Of a stretch of DNA of 64,000 nucleotides, positions 30,349-39,402 are shown one piece after another. How positions within the stretch are numbered: the stretch's first letter is position 1; the number at the start of each line of letters is the position of its first letter. This DNA comes from an uncultured virus (IMG/VR IMGVR_UViG_3300034735_000012) (taxonomy: Duplodnaviria > Heunggongvirae > Uroviricota > Caudoviricetes): the IMG/VR virus record IMGVR_UViG_3300034735_000012; one strand, written 5' to 3'. The notes under the pieces are model-generated. The model was given only the letters and a program-made list of their open reading frames with translations, was not told the DNA's origin and did not search any database. The translations under genes were made by a program, and so were the position numbers.

Positions 30349-31850
30349 GCTGTGAGATATCCTGACGATTTCTGATTTCTTAAATGTCTTCTCCATTTTT
30401 CAGCAGAAGATATTTCCCTTTCCTCTCTTTTAGGTTGCATTTCATCTAGCATTAAACCGATATAAGCAAGTGCGTCCACTTGGTCATCGTGCTTACCTTG
30501 AGGGAATTGCAACAGCTCATTTATTAAGTCTTGAGTATATAAAGCATTTTTAGGAAATAAAACTTTTCCTTGCCTCATTCTGCCTTGTATGGATCTAGCT
30601 CTTGTTATTTTATCAACATTACCCGATGGTAGCGGTTCTACATTCATAGAAAACGCACGTCTTTCTGATATTCTTTTATTTAAGAATGGTGCTATAGCAT
30701 GTTTGATTACACCTGCCTCTAATCCTATTATTTCATGTCGATATATTTCCCAGATATCTATCATGTGTTCTATAAGTTCACTAGTCTCAACTTTGAATCT
30801 AAATAAATCCACTATCCAAAGGTTATCATCTAAATCAACAGCAACAGTTATTCCTACAGAATAATCGTTTGTTTGTTTAGTAGATACTGCTAAATCCCAA
30901 GCACAATAGAAATTTAAATCTTCTTTCTTCGGTAGTTCAGAAAATTCATAGAAGACAAACATATCTTGTTTAAATATAGCACCGCTTTTTTTTGTTGGGT
31001 TTTGTTGATATAAGGCTTCAAAATCGTCATCGCCTATACTTCTTCTTATTCTATTTAGTGCATGTATGTTATATCTTTCGGGGTGTAACGCTTCGCCTTT
31101 TTTTCTAAAATGGTCATCTTGTGTTGCAATAGCTGGGTAACTGATAATTTTCCATTTTTCAGTGTACTCTCCACCTTTGCACATATCTTCAACTAATCGA
31201 CCCATTAAGTCATCGTGATGCCACCTAGTAGCTACAACGATTACACCACCCCCTGGCATTAACCGAGTATATAAAGTTGAGGTATACCACCCCCAAACAG
31301 CTTCACGAGTAGTAGGACTATTTGCTTCTTCTCTATTTTTTACAGGATCGTCAATTATTATTATGTTTCCGCCTTTCCCTGTAATCCCTGTACCTACCCC
31401 TGCTGAAACGTAAACACCTTTTTCAGTTGTCTTCCAACTAGCAACAGATTGGTCATCAGGGTCAAGTTCAGTTTCTGGGAATATTAATTTGTAATCTTCT
31501 TCTTTTATTAATGATCTTACTTTACGGCTAAATTCATTTGAGAGTGTTGTACTATATGAACAGGCAATTATTTCCAGCCACGGGTACTTACCAATAGCCC
31601 AAGCAGGAAAACATCTTGAAACTATTTCACTTTTACCTGTTCGTGGCGGCATAAAAATCATAGCTCTAGGAGATTTTTCATCTATTACATCTTGTAGAAA
31701 ATCTTCTAATGTATAACATATTTCTTCGTGTACATATCCTACACGATAATTCCTATTACTTTTTACTACAAATGGTAAAAGATGCTTTTCACATAAAACT
31801 CTGTCTGCTAACTCTTTTATAGCTAGCGATTGGCTTACTTCATTATGCAC
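30345..31850 (-). CDS. terL: Terminase large subunit
   Basis: MPPRTGKS Walker A, GITGKGGNIIIIDDPVK Walker B, TRWHHDDL, ALYQQNP, WDLA, FPQGKHDDQVDAL nuclease motifs. Confidence 0.97.
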   Translation of the reverse strand: MHNEVSQSLAIKELADRVLCEKHLLPFVVKSNRNYRVGYVHEEICYTLEDFLQDVIDEKSPRAMIFMPPRTGKSEIVSRCFPAWAIGKYPWLEIIACSYSTTLSNEFSRKVRSLIKEEDYKLIFPETELDPDDQSVASWKTTEKGVYVSAGVGTGITGKGGNIIIIDDPVKNREEANSPTTREAVWGWYTSTLYTRLMPGGGVIVVATRWHHDDLMGRLVEDMCKGGEYTEKWKIISYPAIATQDDHFRKKGEALHPERYNIHALNRIRRSIGDDDFEALYQQNPTKKSGAIFKQDMFVFYEFSELPKKEDLNFYCAWDLAVSTKQTNDYSVGITVAVDLDDNLWIVDLFRFKVETSELIEHMIDIWEIYRHEIIGLEAGVIKHAIAPFLNKRISERRAFSMNVEPLPSGNVDKITRARSIQGRMRQGKVLFPKNALYTQDLINELLQFPQGKHDDQVDALAYIGLMLDEMQPKREEREISSAEKWRRHLRNQKSSGYLTA

Positions 31851-31955
31851 TTAAATAAATAAAATCATTTATTTTACTAGTATGTTTTACTTTAATATAT
31901 TCTAAATAATTAGATTTAAGCATATAAGCATATAAGTTATATATTGTAATAATAT

Positions 31956-32555
31956 TCATTTAGTAGTCCTTTTATCTTCAATGTTTATACTATTAATTTC
32001 ATTACTGGCTAGTTTTTTTAATTCATCTGTAGATAATGTTTTTAGGAATTTCTCATCTTCTTTTTTCGATTGCTTAACGGAGTTCTGTTGATTGTTAATT
32101 GTGATTCTACTACCTTGTTGTTCTTTATTTAATCCATGTAGCTTGGCTAAAACTTCTATAGCTTTTATACCCTCTGAACAATTGAGTCTTTCTGAATAGC
32201 ATTCCATTGCCATATCAGTAAGTTTATCTCTAGTAATATTAGAAGAATTATCTTTTTTCTGGTGGAAATAATATATTAATTTTGCTACGGATTTTTTAGT
32301 GAGGAATTTTTCTGCTTTATCTATTTCTGATTTCTTATAACCAGAAACTATGCATGTACGTTGAAATGTTTCTTCGGTATTATTTATTATATTTACTAAA
32401 AGTACTTCTTCTCTTTTAACGAATAAAGGAATTCCAAATGCACACTGAACTGCTCTTAATTCTAAAATGGTGCTTTCTTTTTCTCTATATTCTAAATTTT
32501 CTAAAAACTTCTTAGGCAGAGTAACATTCTGCTTTATAAGTTTGTTTTTACTCAA
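31956..32555 (-). CDS. Probable terminase small subunit
   Basis: Directly upstream of terL; HTH-like middle, AIEVLAKLHGL helix and LSTDELKKLA tail. The TTG start is uncertain. Confidence 0.6.
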   Translation of the reverse strand: MSKNKLIKQNVTLPKKFLENLEYREKESTILELRAVQCAFGIPLFVKREEVLLVNIINNTEETFQRTCIVSGYKKSEIDKAEKFLTKKSVAKLIYYFHQKKDNSSNITRDKLTDMAMECYSERLNCSEGIKAIEVLAKLHGLNKEQQGSRITINNQQNSVKQSKKEDEKFLKTLSTDELKKLASNEINSINIEDKRTTK

Positions 32556-32659
32556 GATAAAATATCATTTATAAGGGGCAATCCCTAATCAAGTGTTATG
32601 TGATTGTTTAAAATAAATTTTAACCTACAAATAACATCAGGCATGTACATATTAAGCAA

Positions 32660-33010
32660 TAATATTACTGGTATGTCAAGTATATACTGGTAAGTTTTAT
32701 TTTATAAAAGCATTACTGGTAAAACATCTGGTACTTCTGGTAATTCTGGTAAGTTTTATTTTTTAGTATTGCTAAACAGAATAAACGCTAAATCGAAATC
32801 CTTTAAACACGCCTATCTTCCGACAACAAACTACCAGTACTCTAATCACTCGAATTAACTGAATTAGCATATTTATTGTTTAGCATCTTTCCCTTGTAAA
32901 TTCCCGACAAAAAAATTTCAAAAAATATAAAAAAATTATATACGAAAATATTTTCCATATCTTTTTATCGTATTTATATATAACTAGAAGTCGGAAATAC
33001 TGGTAATAGT
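32660..33010. repeat. Cluster of CTGGTA/TACCAG boxes upstream of terS
   Basis: Eight copies at 32668, 32687, 32716, 32728, 32737, 32746, 32832 (reverse) and 33000; ctggtaagttttatttt is duplicated. Confidence 0.8.
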
Positions 33011-33141
33011 TGTGTACTTTTTTTTTGTTCTTAAGATACGCAGTTCTCGAAATGAACCTAGTCAACGGGTTATCCAATAATCAAATGTTAATTTTATTGA
33101 ATTAGCACTGTCTATAACAAGTATCTCATAGGAGGTGTTGT

Positions 33142-33276
33142 ATGAATGAAGACCGCACACTGTTGGGAGCATTAAGAAGTTCTTACTATGTTCTCAGGTA
33201 TTGCCTGTCATTCAGAGTCGTTGGTTTCGTAGCCATCGTTTATTATGTTCTTAGAACAATCGTAATGTATACATAA
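33142..33276 (+). CDS. Small membrane protein (44 aa)
   Basis: AGGAGG RBS; MNEDRTLLGALRSSYYVLRYCLSFRVVGFVAIVYYVLRTIVMYT; below the ORF track cutoff. Confidence 0.65.
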   Translation: MNEDRTLLGALRSSYYVLRYCLSFRVVGFVAIVYYVLRTIVMYT

Positions 33277-33286
33277 GGAATCCCAA

Positions 33287-33595
33287 ATGTCTAAAGACAA
33301 AGAAGTAATACCAGCAAAGCGTCTTGGAAGTGTCCAAACATTTTTTGTTGACGTAATAGATTGGTTAGATGACCGCTATGAATCAGCTATATCTATATTT
33401 ACCGAGCGTCCTAAAAAACTAACCGATGAGGAGCAAGAACAACTAGATACCGAAGATTTTAGGGAATACCAAAAGTATCTTGGCTTCGAGAAGTTTAAAG
33501 GCTCAGAAGATTATAAACACTTCTTAGACTACCTAAAGTTCAAGGAATACAAAGAGTCAACTGAGTCAACTGATTCAACAGAGTCAACTGAATAA
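33287..33595 (+). CDS. Hypothetical protein (102 aa) with acidic STE-repeat tail
   Basis: TAAGGAA RBS. Confidence 0.7.
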   Translation: MSKDKEVIPAKRLGSVQTFFVDVIDWLDDRYESAISIFTERPKKLTDEEQEQLDTEDFREYQKYLGFEKFKGSEDYKHFLDYLKFKEYKESTESTDSTESTE

Positions 33596-33596
33596 A

Positions 33597-33884
33597 CCAA
33601 CTGCCACTTCGGTGGCACTATTAAAATTTAAGGAATAATTATGTTTAAAAGATTCATCAAATCAGCAACAAAACAACTACTAGATTTTATATTCTACGCA
33701 GCTATGGGTTTAGTAATCTGGGAAAACATTGTACCTCTAGTTCCAATAAGCCTACTACAAAGTACATTTGTATTCTTTACATTAATAGGACTTTATAAAC
33801 TAACTAACACTACAGTTAAGTTAAAACTAATCAAGCAATCCAAGTTTGCTAAATAACAACCCAACTGCCACTTCGGTGGCACTA
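33597..33884 (+). repeat. Two identical 24-bp intergenic UUCG hairpins (33597-33620, 33861-33884)
   Basis: ccaacTGCCAC-TTCG-GTGGCActa, each between a stop codon and a TAAGGAAT RBS. Confidence 0.9.
33641..33856 (+). CDS. Small two-TM membrane protein (71 aa)
   Basis: TAAGGAAT RBS; two hydrophobic segments and a basic C-terminus (holin-like topology, unproven). Confidence 0.65.
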   Translation: MFKRFIKSATKQLLDFIFYAAMGLVIWENIVPLVPISLLQSTFVFFTLIGLYKLTNTTVKLKLIKQSKFAK

Positions 33885-33900
33885 CATTTAAGGAATTACA

Positions 33901-34176
33901 ATGAGCAACGAACAAAAGATCCACGAACTAATACATATATTAGTAAATGAGCTTACAGCACTCAATGAAGTTAAGACAATCCGCATGGAACTTGCCTCAA
34001 CCAAAAAACGTGGAAATCAAATACTAGAAACATACCAAAAACTTTTAACTGAATACAAGGAACTAACTAAAGTTAACTCCAACCTTGTGTCTAGGTGTAC
34101 TGAACTGCAACATCAATTAGAATCCTCTAAAAATGCAATCGATACAACCGAAGCAACCGAAGCAACCGAGCAATAA
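33901..34176 (+). CDS. Coiled-coil hypothetical protein (91 aa)
   Basis: TAAGGAAT RBS; heptad pattern; ATE-repeat tail. Confidence 0.7.
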   Translation: MSNEQKIHELIHILVNELTALNEVKTIRMELASTKKRGNQILETYQKLLTEYKELTKVNSNLVSRCTELQHQLESSKNAIDTTEATEATEQ

Positions 34177-34185
34177 CCCCGTTCT

Positions 34186-35100
34186 ATGCGAGCCGACCGT
34201 CGGGGAGGCGAGCATGTTCTATTCTTTTAATTTCAACCAGTGGATAAAGATTCACTGGTACATTTCCCACAACCTCAAACAAACCCTCCCGATCAGTTTT
34301 TTTTGTTTCTTTTTGTTTTTTTTCTTTTGCCTTTGCCTTTTCATTCTAATGCCCACCGATGTGAGCCGACCGTCGGGGAGGCGAGCATATTTTTCTTTTT
34401 TCAACCAGTTGCTTTCTAATGCCCACTGGTGTTTCATCTAATGGCAGAGGTAGTCATTCTAATGCCCACTGGTGTTACTTAGCCCCACGTGTGTGCATAC
34501 GTCTACGTGCGTGTGTCTATTTTGTGGTGGCCGATTACCAGTGTCAAGTGTATAGGATTACACTGGTCATTTTTTTTTAAATTTCTTGAAATTCCTGATT
34601 TTATAATCCACAATAACCCCATGGAAGTCCATAATCGACCAGTGCCAATTGGTCTCTTAGCCTACAGATATTGTTTTAACTACGATTTAATATTCAGCTC
34701 GACTCGTATTTGGATATTCACTGGTCGTTTTTGCTACTACAACTGGTCGCTTTTTTACGCCAATGGCCGATTACGGTATGACCACTGGTCGATTACGATT
34801 TTCTACATACCTCAATTGGTCGTTTTCTGCATGTCCGACCAGAATTACCAGCAAAATAAGCACTACAGCTTACTCCACTTTTACTGGTTTTTATCCTATA
34901 TTTGTGTAACTTTTTTTTACTTAATTTTACACCAGTTCTCAAGCTCGGCTACAGGCCTCATTCTATCGTTAAAATTCAATTCCGTGTTAGTATATTCAGT
35001 TTCCTCGATATTATTCCATTTATTGAAAATAGAGAATATTGGCTTATTTAGAATCAACCTTGTACATAAGCCCACTGGTCGTTTTTTAATGCCAAAAATA
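34186..35100. other. Non-coding repeat-rich region, putative lytic replication origin
   Basis: 14 ACTGGT/ACCAGT boxes, two 30-nt GC-rich hairpin repeats and three TTCTAATGCCCAC copies, immediately upstream of the primase-helicase. Confidence 0.55.
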
Positions 35101-35179
35101 ATAAAACTCCCTTTTTTATATATTCTCAACATAATGCTGTTGTTGTATTCTTTAATCTACTATTTAGCAAGGATTTGCA

Positions 35180-37969
35180 ATGCAGAGAAAATACTTTTTC
35201 TTAAAAAACAACACAGTGAATGGAACAAAACCTTTATTTGTAGACTATATTAAAAATAGTAACACTTATTATGTTAAAGATGTCGTCAGTGATTACACTG
35301 TTATACAAAAAATATACAAAGATAACTCCGCAGGTTTTAAACACTTCCTTAGAGATATTAAATCTTATTCTGATTTCGGCTCTTTACTACTTACTGGCGA
35401 AGTCTTCTCAAATTCCAAACTAGAATGTGGCGATACTTGCTTAACCAATGTAAATACTAGACTTACCAACTCAATTGCACTTGAATTCCACAACTATTTT
35501 ATTCCTGATATAACAAAAGAACAATATCAATTTAAATCTGCTATTGATTTTGTTATTAAATCATTGCCTGATGAATTTCGTGATGTTAGTTGCATAGCTA
35601 TCGCTAAACCCGAGTTTGGCTTTAATGTTGATAGTATTGATACACGTGGCTATTCACTGTTCAATGGTACACTGGTATTTTGGTTAGCTGATAATATTAC
35701 TAGCGAGCTATTATACAAATATTTGATGAATCTAAACTTCAATTCTGAATATGGATACAATAAAAACGTAAGAATATCCGAATGTAAGAATGAAGTTGAC
35801 TACTGTATCTATCCCTCAACTGCTTATCCTAACCATTCTATTAAGTTGGGATACCCAGAGATAAATAAATTAGCATTAAATCCGTTTAGCAGTACAAATA
35901 GCCGAATTCAACTGGTTGAAAAGAATAACTTATTCCTTAGACTAAATGTAACTCTTATAGAAGAAGTAACTAAAAACTTCAAACTAGATGATGAAATCAA
36001 TAAAGTACTTACCAAGAACATACAGGACACTTTACCTGATGAGCTTGAAGTAGTTGAAGTTGATGATTTCACTATATTAAAAGATAAACAGTCGTTCCTT
36101 GCAAAAATACTAGGAAGAAATGCTGATCTTTTCGCAAACTCTAAAAAGCTAAGAGTGTACAAAAACCCAAAATCGTTTAAATTGAAATATGTTACTGATG
36201 TAGGAGATTTTAGCTTGTTTTCATGCGGTGTATCTACTAGAGCTAGATATTTCTGCTATCGCTATGATCCATACTATTTATTCCCAATTGATAAAGGCTG
36301 TGCGTTTATCTTTGAACAAGTCGATCGTGAAACATATACTGTTCATCTTTATAACAGACTTATCAATGATAAATTAAGAATACCATCATTCCTGAACATA
36401 TTATCAGATGAAAACAACTCATTTAATTCTGATTGCACCAATAGATTATTAGATACAATCCAAAAGAATTCATCAAAAGATGTCTTTGAGCCTGTAAGTT
36501 ATATTTGTTCTACTAGTGGAGGGATTGTCTTAGGCTTGCAAAGTATAATTCACAAGAAATTTGTAATCATTGAAAGGATATCAGAGGGCAAATACAGGTC
36601 TATTCCTAACTGGTATAGACAAATGCGAAGATATCTATCAAAGGATAGTGGAAATGCTTTCTTGTTAAGGTTTAACACCGTATTTAACCCTAAATATAAA
36701 AGTGGAATTGATTATGAACGTGCTATTTGTAATTTATTCTATCCTACACCTTTTATGTTAATTAAATACTATAAAAACGGAAAGAAATGTAGGCTACACA
36801 GTTGTGAATTAGATAGCATATTATCTCAAAAATGTCCTAAAATTAAACACCTTGTTTATAGTGCCACTGGTGGAGAATACGAAGCTAAAGTATTCACGTG
36901 TTGGTTGGCAAAGATAATGCAAGAAAAGAAGAAAACTAAGCTAGCGTGGTTACTACAAGGAGTGCAAGGAACTGGTAAAGGATTACTTGCAGACTTAGTA
37001 TTACGAACATTGCTAGGAGATTATTTTATCAAATGTGGAATTTCTATGTTTGATGATAAATTTGACGCTTGGAAAGATCAGTCATTGCTAATATTTGTTG
37101 ATGAGTATTCTAAATATGCCCATGATAAAAAATACTTAGCATCGTCTCGCATAAAAGAGTTGATAACAGAAGATAAAATATCCTCTAGGCAAATGTTTTC
37201 ATCATATAAAGAAGTCTCCAGTTATTCTAATTATATGTTTGCCTCAAATATATCAGATGCAATTCATATTGAATCGTCAGATAGACGCTTTAATATTGGC
37301 AATTGGCAAGGTGTTAAGTTTACCGATAGCTATGAAGCAATATTTGCAGAAAGATTTAGTTATGCTGCTTATACTAAAATAATAGCTAAAGAAATTGAAT
37401 CTTATGCAAGGATACTCAACAGCTTAGAATATTCAGGACTTCTGGATAAGCCATTCCTCAATGATGCTAAAGTTAAAATATCTAATTTATCTGAAACTGC
37501 AGAACAGTCTTTTATTAGACTTTTAAGCACTGGGGATTTTTTAGGTATGTCTATAATTTTTGATTTTGAAGATGATCGTTCGTATTACCCTCCTGCACAT
37601 ATAGCTTACGCAACGTGGATATTGTGTATCCAACAAATGTATATAGATGGCAAATATACCATTAAAAGCCGTGAAGAAAAGGATATGCTTACATTCATTC
37701 TACCTGCATTTAAATTTGAGTTATCTGCCATGTATTCAGCATTTATTGGTAAAAAGTGTAGTTTCAAAAAGGCTTTTAATTTAATACAGTCTATTTATCC
37801 AGTAAGCAAAAGATGCTCACGATATTTTTGTCAACATACGGAAAGAAGACAAGGATATCTAATAACATTTTACGTGAACATACAAGAGCTTATGAATCTG
37901 GTAAAAGATAATATAGCTATAAATAATAAATTAAGTGAGTTAAAAAAGTCTTATGAGTTCAGTGATTGA
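35180..37969 (+). CDS. Primase-helicase: C-terminal SF3/D5-like (DUF5906-type) helicase, N-terminal primase-like domain
   Basis: LQGVQGTGKG Walker A, LIFVDE Walker B, IKELITE, FASN, SDRRFNI. Confidence 0.85.
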   Translation: MQRKYFFLKNNTVNGTKPLFVDYIKNSNTYYVKDVVSDYTVIQKIYKDNSAGFKHFLRDIKSYSDFGSLLLTGEVFSNSKLECGDTCLTNVNTRLTNSIALEFHNYFIPDITKEQYQFKSAIDFVIKSLPDEFRDVSCIAIAKPEFGFNVDSIDTRGYSLFNGTLVFWLADNITSELLYKYLMNLNFNSEYGYNKNVRISECKNEVDYCIYPSTAYPNHSIKLGYPEINKLALNPFSSTNSRIQLVEKNNLFLRLNVTLIEEVTKNFKLDDEINKVLTKNIQDTLPDELEVVEVDDFTILKDKQSFLAKILGRNADLFANSKKLRVYKNPKSFKLKYVTDVGDFSLFSCGVSTRARYFCYRYDPYYLFPIDKGCAFIFEQVDRETYTVHLYNRLINDKLRIPSFLNILSDENNSFNSDCTNRLLDTIQKNSSKDVFEPVSYICSTSGGIVLGLQSIIHKKFVIIERISEGKYRSIPNWYRQMRRYLSKDSGNAFLLRFNTVFNPKYKSGIDYERAICNLFYPTPFMLIKYYKNGKKCRLHSCELDSILSQKCPKIKHLVYSATGGEYEAKVFTCWLAKIMQEKKKTKLAWLLQGVQGTGKGLLADLVLRTLLGDYFIKCGISMFDDKFDAWKDQSLLIFVDEYSKYAHDKKYLASSRIKELITEDKISSRQMFSSYKEVSSYSNYMFASNISDAIHIESSDRRFNIGNWQGVKFTDSYEAIFAERFSYAAYTKIIAKEIESYARILNSLEYSGLLDKPFLNDAKVKISNLSETAEQSFIRLLSTGDFLGMSIIFDFEDDRSYYPPAHIAYATWILCIQQMYIDGKYTIKSREEKDMLTFILPAFKFELSAMYSAFIGKKCSFKKAFNLIQSIYPVSKRCSRYFCQHTERRQGYLITFYVNIQELMNLVKDNIAINNKLSELKKSYEFSD

Positions 37970-38693
37970 TTACAACCATTACCACGAAAGTTTATATTGC
38001 AACAAAAAATATCAGATACTTAGAGAAGATGAGTCCAACTATTTTCTTATAAAAAATCACGGAAAAGAGCTAGAATTCATCAAGAAATTATTAATTATTA
38101 ATGATAATGATGAGTTTATTGAATTAGCATTCGGAAACTTCAAAGGAGTATATGAATTTCTTCATGGTATTGTAACTTCAACAAGTACGAAGATTAACCA
38201 AACATTTTATCTTGATTCAAATTTTAAGAGTACATTCAACTATAATAAAGCCTTTTTTTCATTCTCGCCTGATATGTATAATTACAATCAATCTACAAAA
38301 ACATTAACTTTATATCATTTTAGCTTTGAAATGTATTGTCTTAAAAGTAGAAAACCTACCACACTTTCATTGGATTATTGTGCATTAATATATCAAATTA
38401 TGAAAACTTATTTTAAAGACTTAGTTTATATTAAAGCTTATGCAATAATTACTAATAAACCATTTAAAATAAAGAAGTTTAGTTTTGATGTTACTAAGCA
38501 CAATGATAGGAATAAATTAAGCAATAGGCTTGCTGTATTGTTTTTCAACCTAATATCTATTAATAATAGAGATAATCTATCGGTGGCTAAACCATCTAGG
38601 TTTAATTGCTCAAGGTGTCCGTTTGCTTTTACTGGCAAATGTAATGATGGCGACCCTAAGTATTTTAATAAAAGGAACTTATACAATGGCTAA
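37953..38693 (+). CDS. Cas4/RecB-like PD-(D/E)xK fold protein, catalytic motif degenerate
   Basis: C-terminal AKPSRFNCSRCPF...C cluster, PD at FSPD, replication-module context. Confidence 0.55.
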   Translation: MSSVIDYNHYHESLYCNKKYQILREDESNYFLIKNHGKELEFIKKLLIINDNDEFIELAFGNFKGVYEFLHGIVTSTSTKINQTFYLDSNFKSTFNYNKAFFSFSPDMYNYNQSTKTLTLYHFSFEMYCLKSRKPTTLSLDYCALIYQIMKTYFKDLVYIKAYAIITNKPFKIKKFSFDVTKHNDRNKLSNRLAVLFFNLISINNRDNLSVAKPSRFNCSRCPFAFTGKCNDGDPKYFNKRNLYNG

Positions 38694-38988
38694 TACTTCT
38701 TATTATTTTGCCAACGATCCAGAATACAAGGATTTTAAAAGTAATAAAGCGTTCAATAAAAATAAATATAACCTTAATAAAGCAAGGAAACTTGCTAAAA
38801 AAATAGGTTATGGCTATTTAGGCAATGCTACTACTGAAAGGCAGACCATACATGATGCTTTTTGCTTTTATAAAACATCATTAGAAAAAATACAAAATAA
38901 TGATGCAAAATTTACAATAGATTATGCTGTTTCTTGTTTAATCAATACAATAACGATTCATACAATTTTTAAGGCAATGGACAGCTAA
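38686..38988 (+). CDS. Hypothetical protein (100 aa)
   Basis: AAGGAA RBS before ATG 38686. Confidence 0.6.
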   Translation: MANTSYYFANDPEYKDFKSNKAFNKNKYNLNKARKLAKKIGYGYLGNATTERQTIHDAFCFYKTSLEKIQNNDAKFTIDYAVSCLINTITIHTIFKAMDS

Positions 38989-39401
38989 TGAAATTTAACT
39001 CGTCTGAATCATTCTTTAAACGGTCTGTTTTAAACAAAATATCTAAAGAATTTTACTTTCATAATAATGTATCGTGTGGCAACCAAATTGGCATTCCTGA
39101 TACGTTTATAGAGGGTGTAAGCAAGGATATTTGGGTTGAGTTTAAAGTTATTAAAAACTCAATTCTATCAAAGAAATTTATTAACCTTAATAATTTATTA
39201 AGCAATGCTCAAAAAAAATGGTTTAAAAGGAGGAAACTACAAAATGATGTTTACTTAGCAATAGGATTTGTTTATAAGGATAAAAGTATGGTGTTTTTTA
39301 CTAGAAAGTTAGTAAATGAAATTTCTGTTGATAATTTCATACATGAAAGTGTTTGCTTTAATGAATTTATTAACTCTCTACTTCATTATTTACGGCGATA
39401 A
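38988..39401 (+). CDS. VRR-NUC / Holliday junction resolvase-like nuclease
   Basis: ESFF...GIPD...WVEFK...LSNAQKKW PD-(D/E)xK signature. Confidence 0.85.
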   Translation: MKFNSSESFFKRSVLNKISKEFYFHNNVSCGNQIGIPDTFIEGVSKDIWVEFKVIKNSILSKKFINLNNLLSNAQKKWFKRRKLQNDVYLAIGFVYKDKSMVFFTRKLVNEISVDNFIHESVCFNEFINSLLHYLRR

Positions 39402-39402
39402 A

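Noticed and set aside
34133..35253. ORFs 34133..34441, 34252..34437, 34489..35253 and 34917..35132
   Set aside because: No RBS, atypical Trp/Phe/Cys-rich composition, overlapping each other in a region dominated by short DNA repeats. Most likely non-coding.
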